Positions 63,838-64,000 of a DNA stretch of 64,000 nt are shown in pieces (the stretch's first letter is position 1; every line of letters begins with the position of its first letter). The notes under the pieces were generated by a model, which had not been told where the DNA came from, did not search any database, and saw only the letters and a list, made by a program, of their open reading frames with translations. Source of the DNA: an uncultured Desulfatiglans sp. (GTDB taxonomy: Bacteria > Desulfobacterota > DSM-4660 > Desulfatiglandales > HGW-15); the NCBI GenBank assembly GCA_964499695.1, contig CAZCMD010000001.1:13872-77871 (forward strand), read 5' to 3'. A program made the translations under genes and the position numbers.

Positions 63838-64000
63838 ATGGGAGATTTTCAGAAGCTTAAAGTCTGGCAACGCGCTAAGGGTCTGGCTGTTTCCATTTAT
63901 AAAATAATCAATCAGGGCCCTCTAAAAAGGGATTATTGCTTAAAAGATCAGATTTGGAGATCAGCAATTTCCATACCGAGTAATATAGCTGAGGGTGATG
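63838..64000 (+). CDS. four-helix-bundle protein (23S rRNA intervening-sequence protein family), N-terminal part
   Basis: Not in the ORF track because the window edge truncates it. My translation gives MGDFQKLKVWQRAKGLAVSIYKIINQGPLKRDYCLKDQIWRSAISIPSNIAEGD, the family hallmark (VWQ.A..L, R.A.SI.SNIAEG). Confidence 0.8.
   Translation, partial: MGDFQKLKVWQRAKGLAVSIYKIINQGPLKRDYCLKDQIWRSAISIPSNIAEGD

Noticed and set aside
1-64000. Looked for CRISPR arrays, tRNA/rRNA genes, transposases, integrases, phage genes, and toxin-antitoxin or known defence-system genes
   Set aside because: I noticed no direct-repeat/spacer array, no cloverleaf-like conserved tRNA segments in the intergenic regions I read, and no ORF with recombinase, transposase or nuclease hallmarks. 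The island therefore lacks visible mobility genes within this window.

Overview
64-kb chromosomal window from a moderately AT-rich bacterium. The gene content looks like a Desulfobacterota-type anaerobe, but the taxon cannot be determined from this sequence alone. I found no rRNA, tRNA, CRISPR array, transposase or integrase. Layout: (1) 1-8136, minus strand: rmlC(partial)-rmlA-rmlB, ilvD, nadE, and an Fe-ADH plus DegT-type aminotransferase pair that resembles KdnB/KdnA. (2) 8486-19218, plus strand: a chemosensory operon with no MCP, in the order Hpt, STAS, CheA-REC hybrid, CheW, CheB, CheR, M23 peptidase, secreted hypothetical, CheZ-like, CheY, hypothetical. Three GG-N10-GC (sigma54-type) promoters sit in front of it or inside it. 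(3) 19219-27752, minus strand: flagellar filament genes (fliC, fliD, fliS, two flaG) followed by a c-di-GMP/two-component module (REC-SHOCT, REC-GAF-HD-GYP, PilZ, degenerate kinase-like protein). (4) 28062-58642, minus strand: a roughly 30-kb block of 24 co-directional genes plus one gene remnant, ending directly upstream of fliC. A perfect sigma54 promoter (TGGCAC-N5-TTGCA) lies in front of its first gene, galE. The block looks like a flagellin or surface glycosylation island. It carries many GT2/GT4/DUF707 transferases, six methyltransferase domains, two TagF-like phosphotransferases, two IspD/TarI-like cytidylyltransferases, and a sub-cluster built around a class II DAHP synthase. I recognised no NeuB/PseI/LegI-type nonulosonate synthase and no Maf protein. 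(5) 59031-62724, minus strand: a lipoprotein SBP plus a hybrid sensor kinase. (6) 63189-64000, plus strand: lexA and the start of a four-helix-bundle (23S rRNA IVS-type) protein. A dispersed family of intergenic elements made of tandem degenerate heptamers, often arranged as hairpins, recurs at six or more loci. The most interesting candidate is the DAHP-synthase sub-cluster and the polyol/alkyl-phosphate (CDP-dependent) modules inside the island next to the flagellin gene. All functional calls come from reading motifs by eye; no database search was possible.
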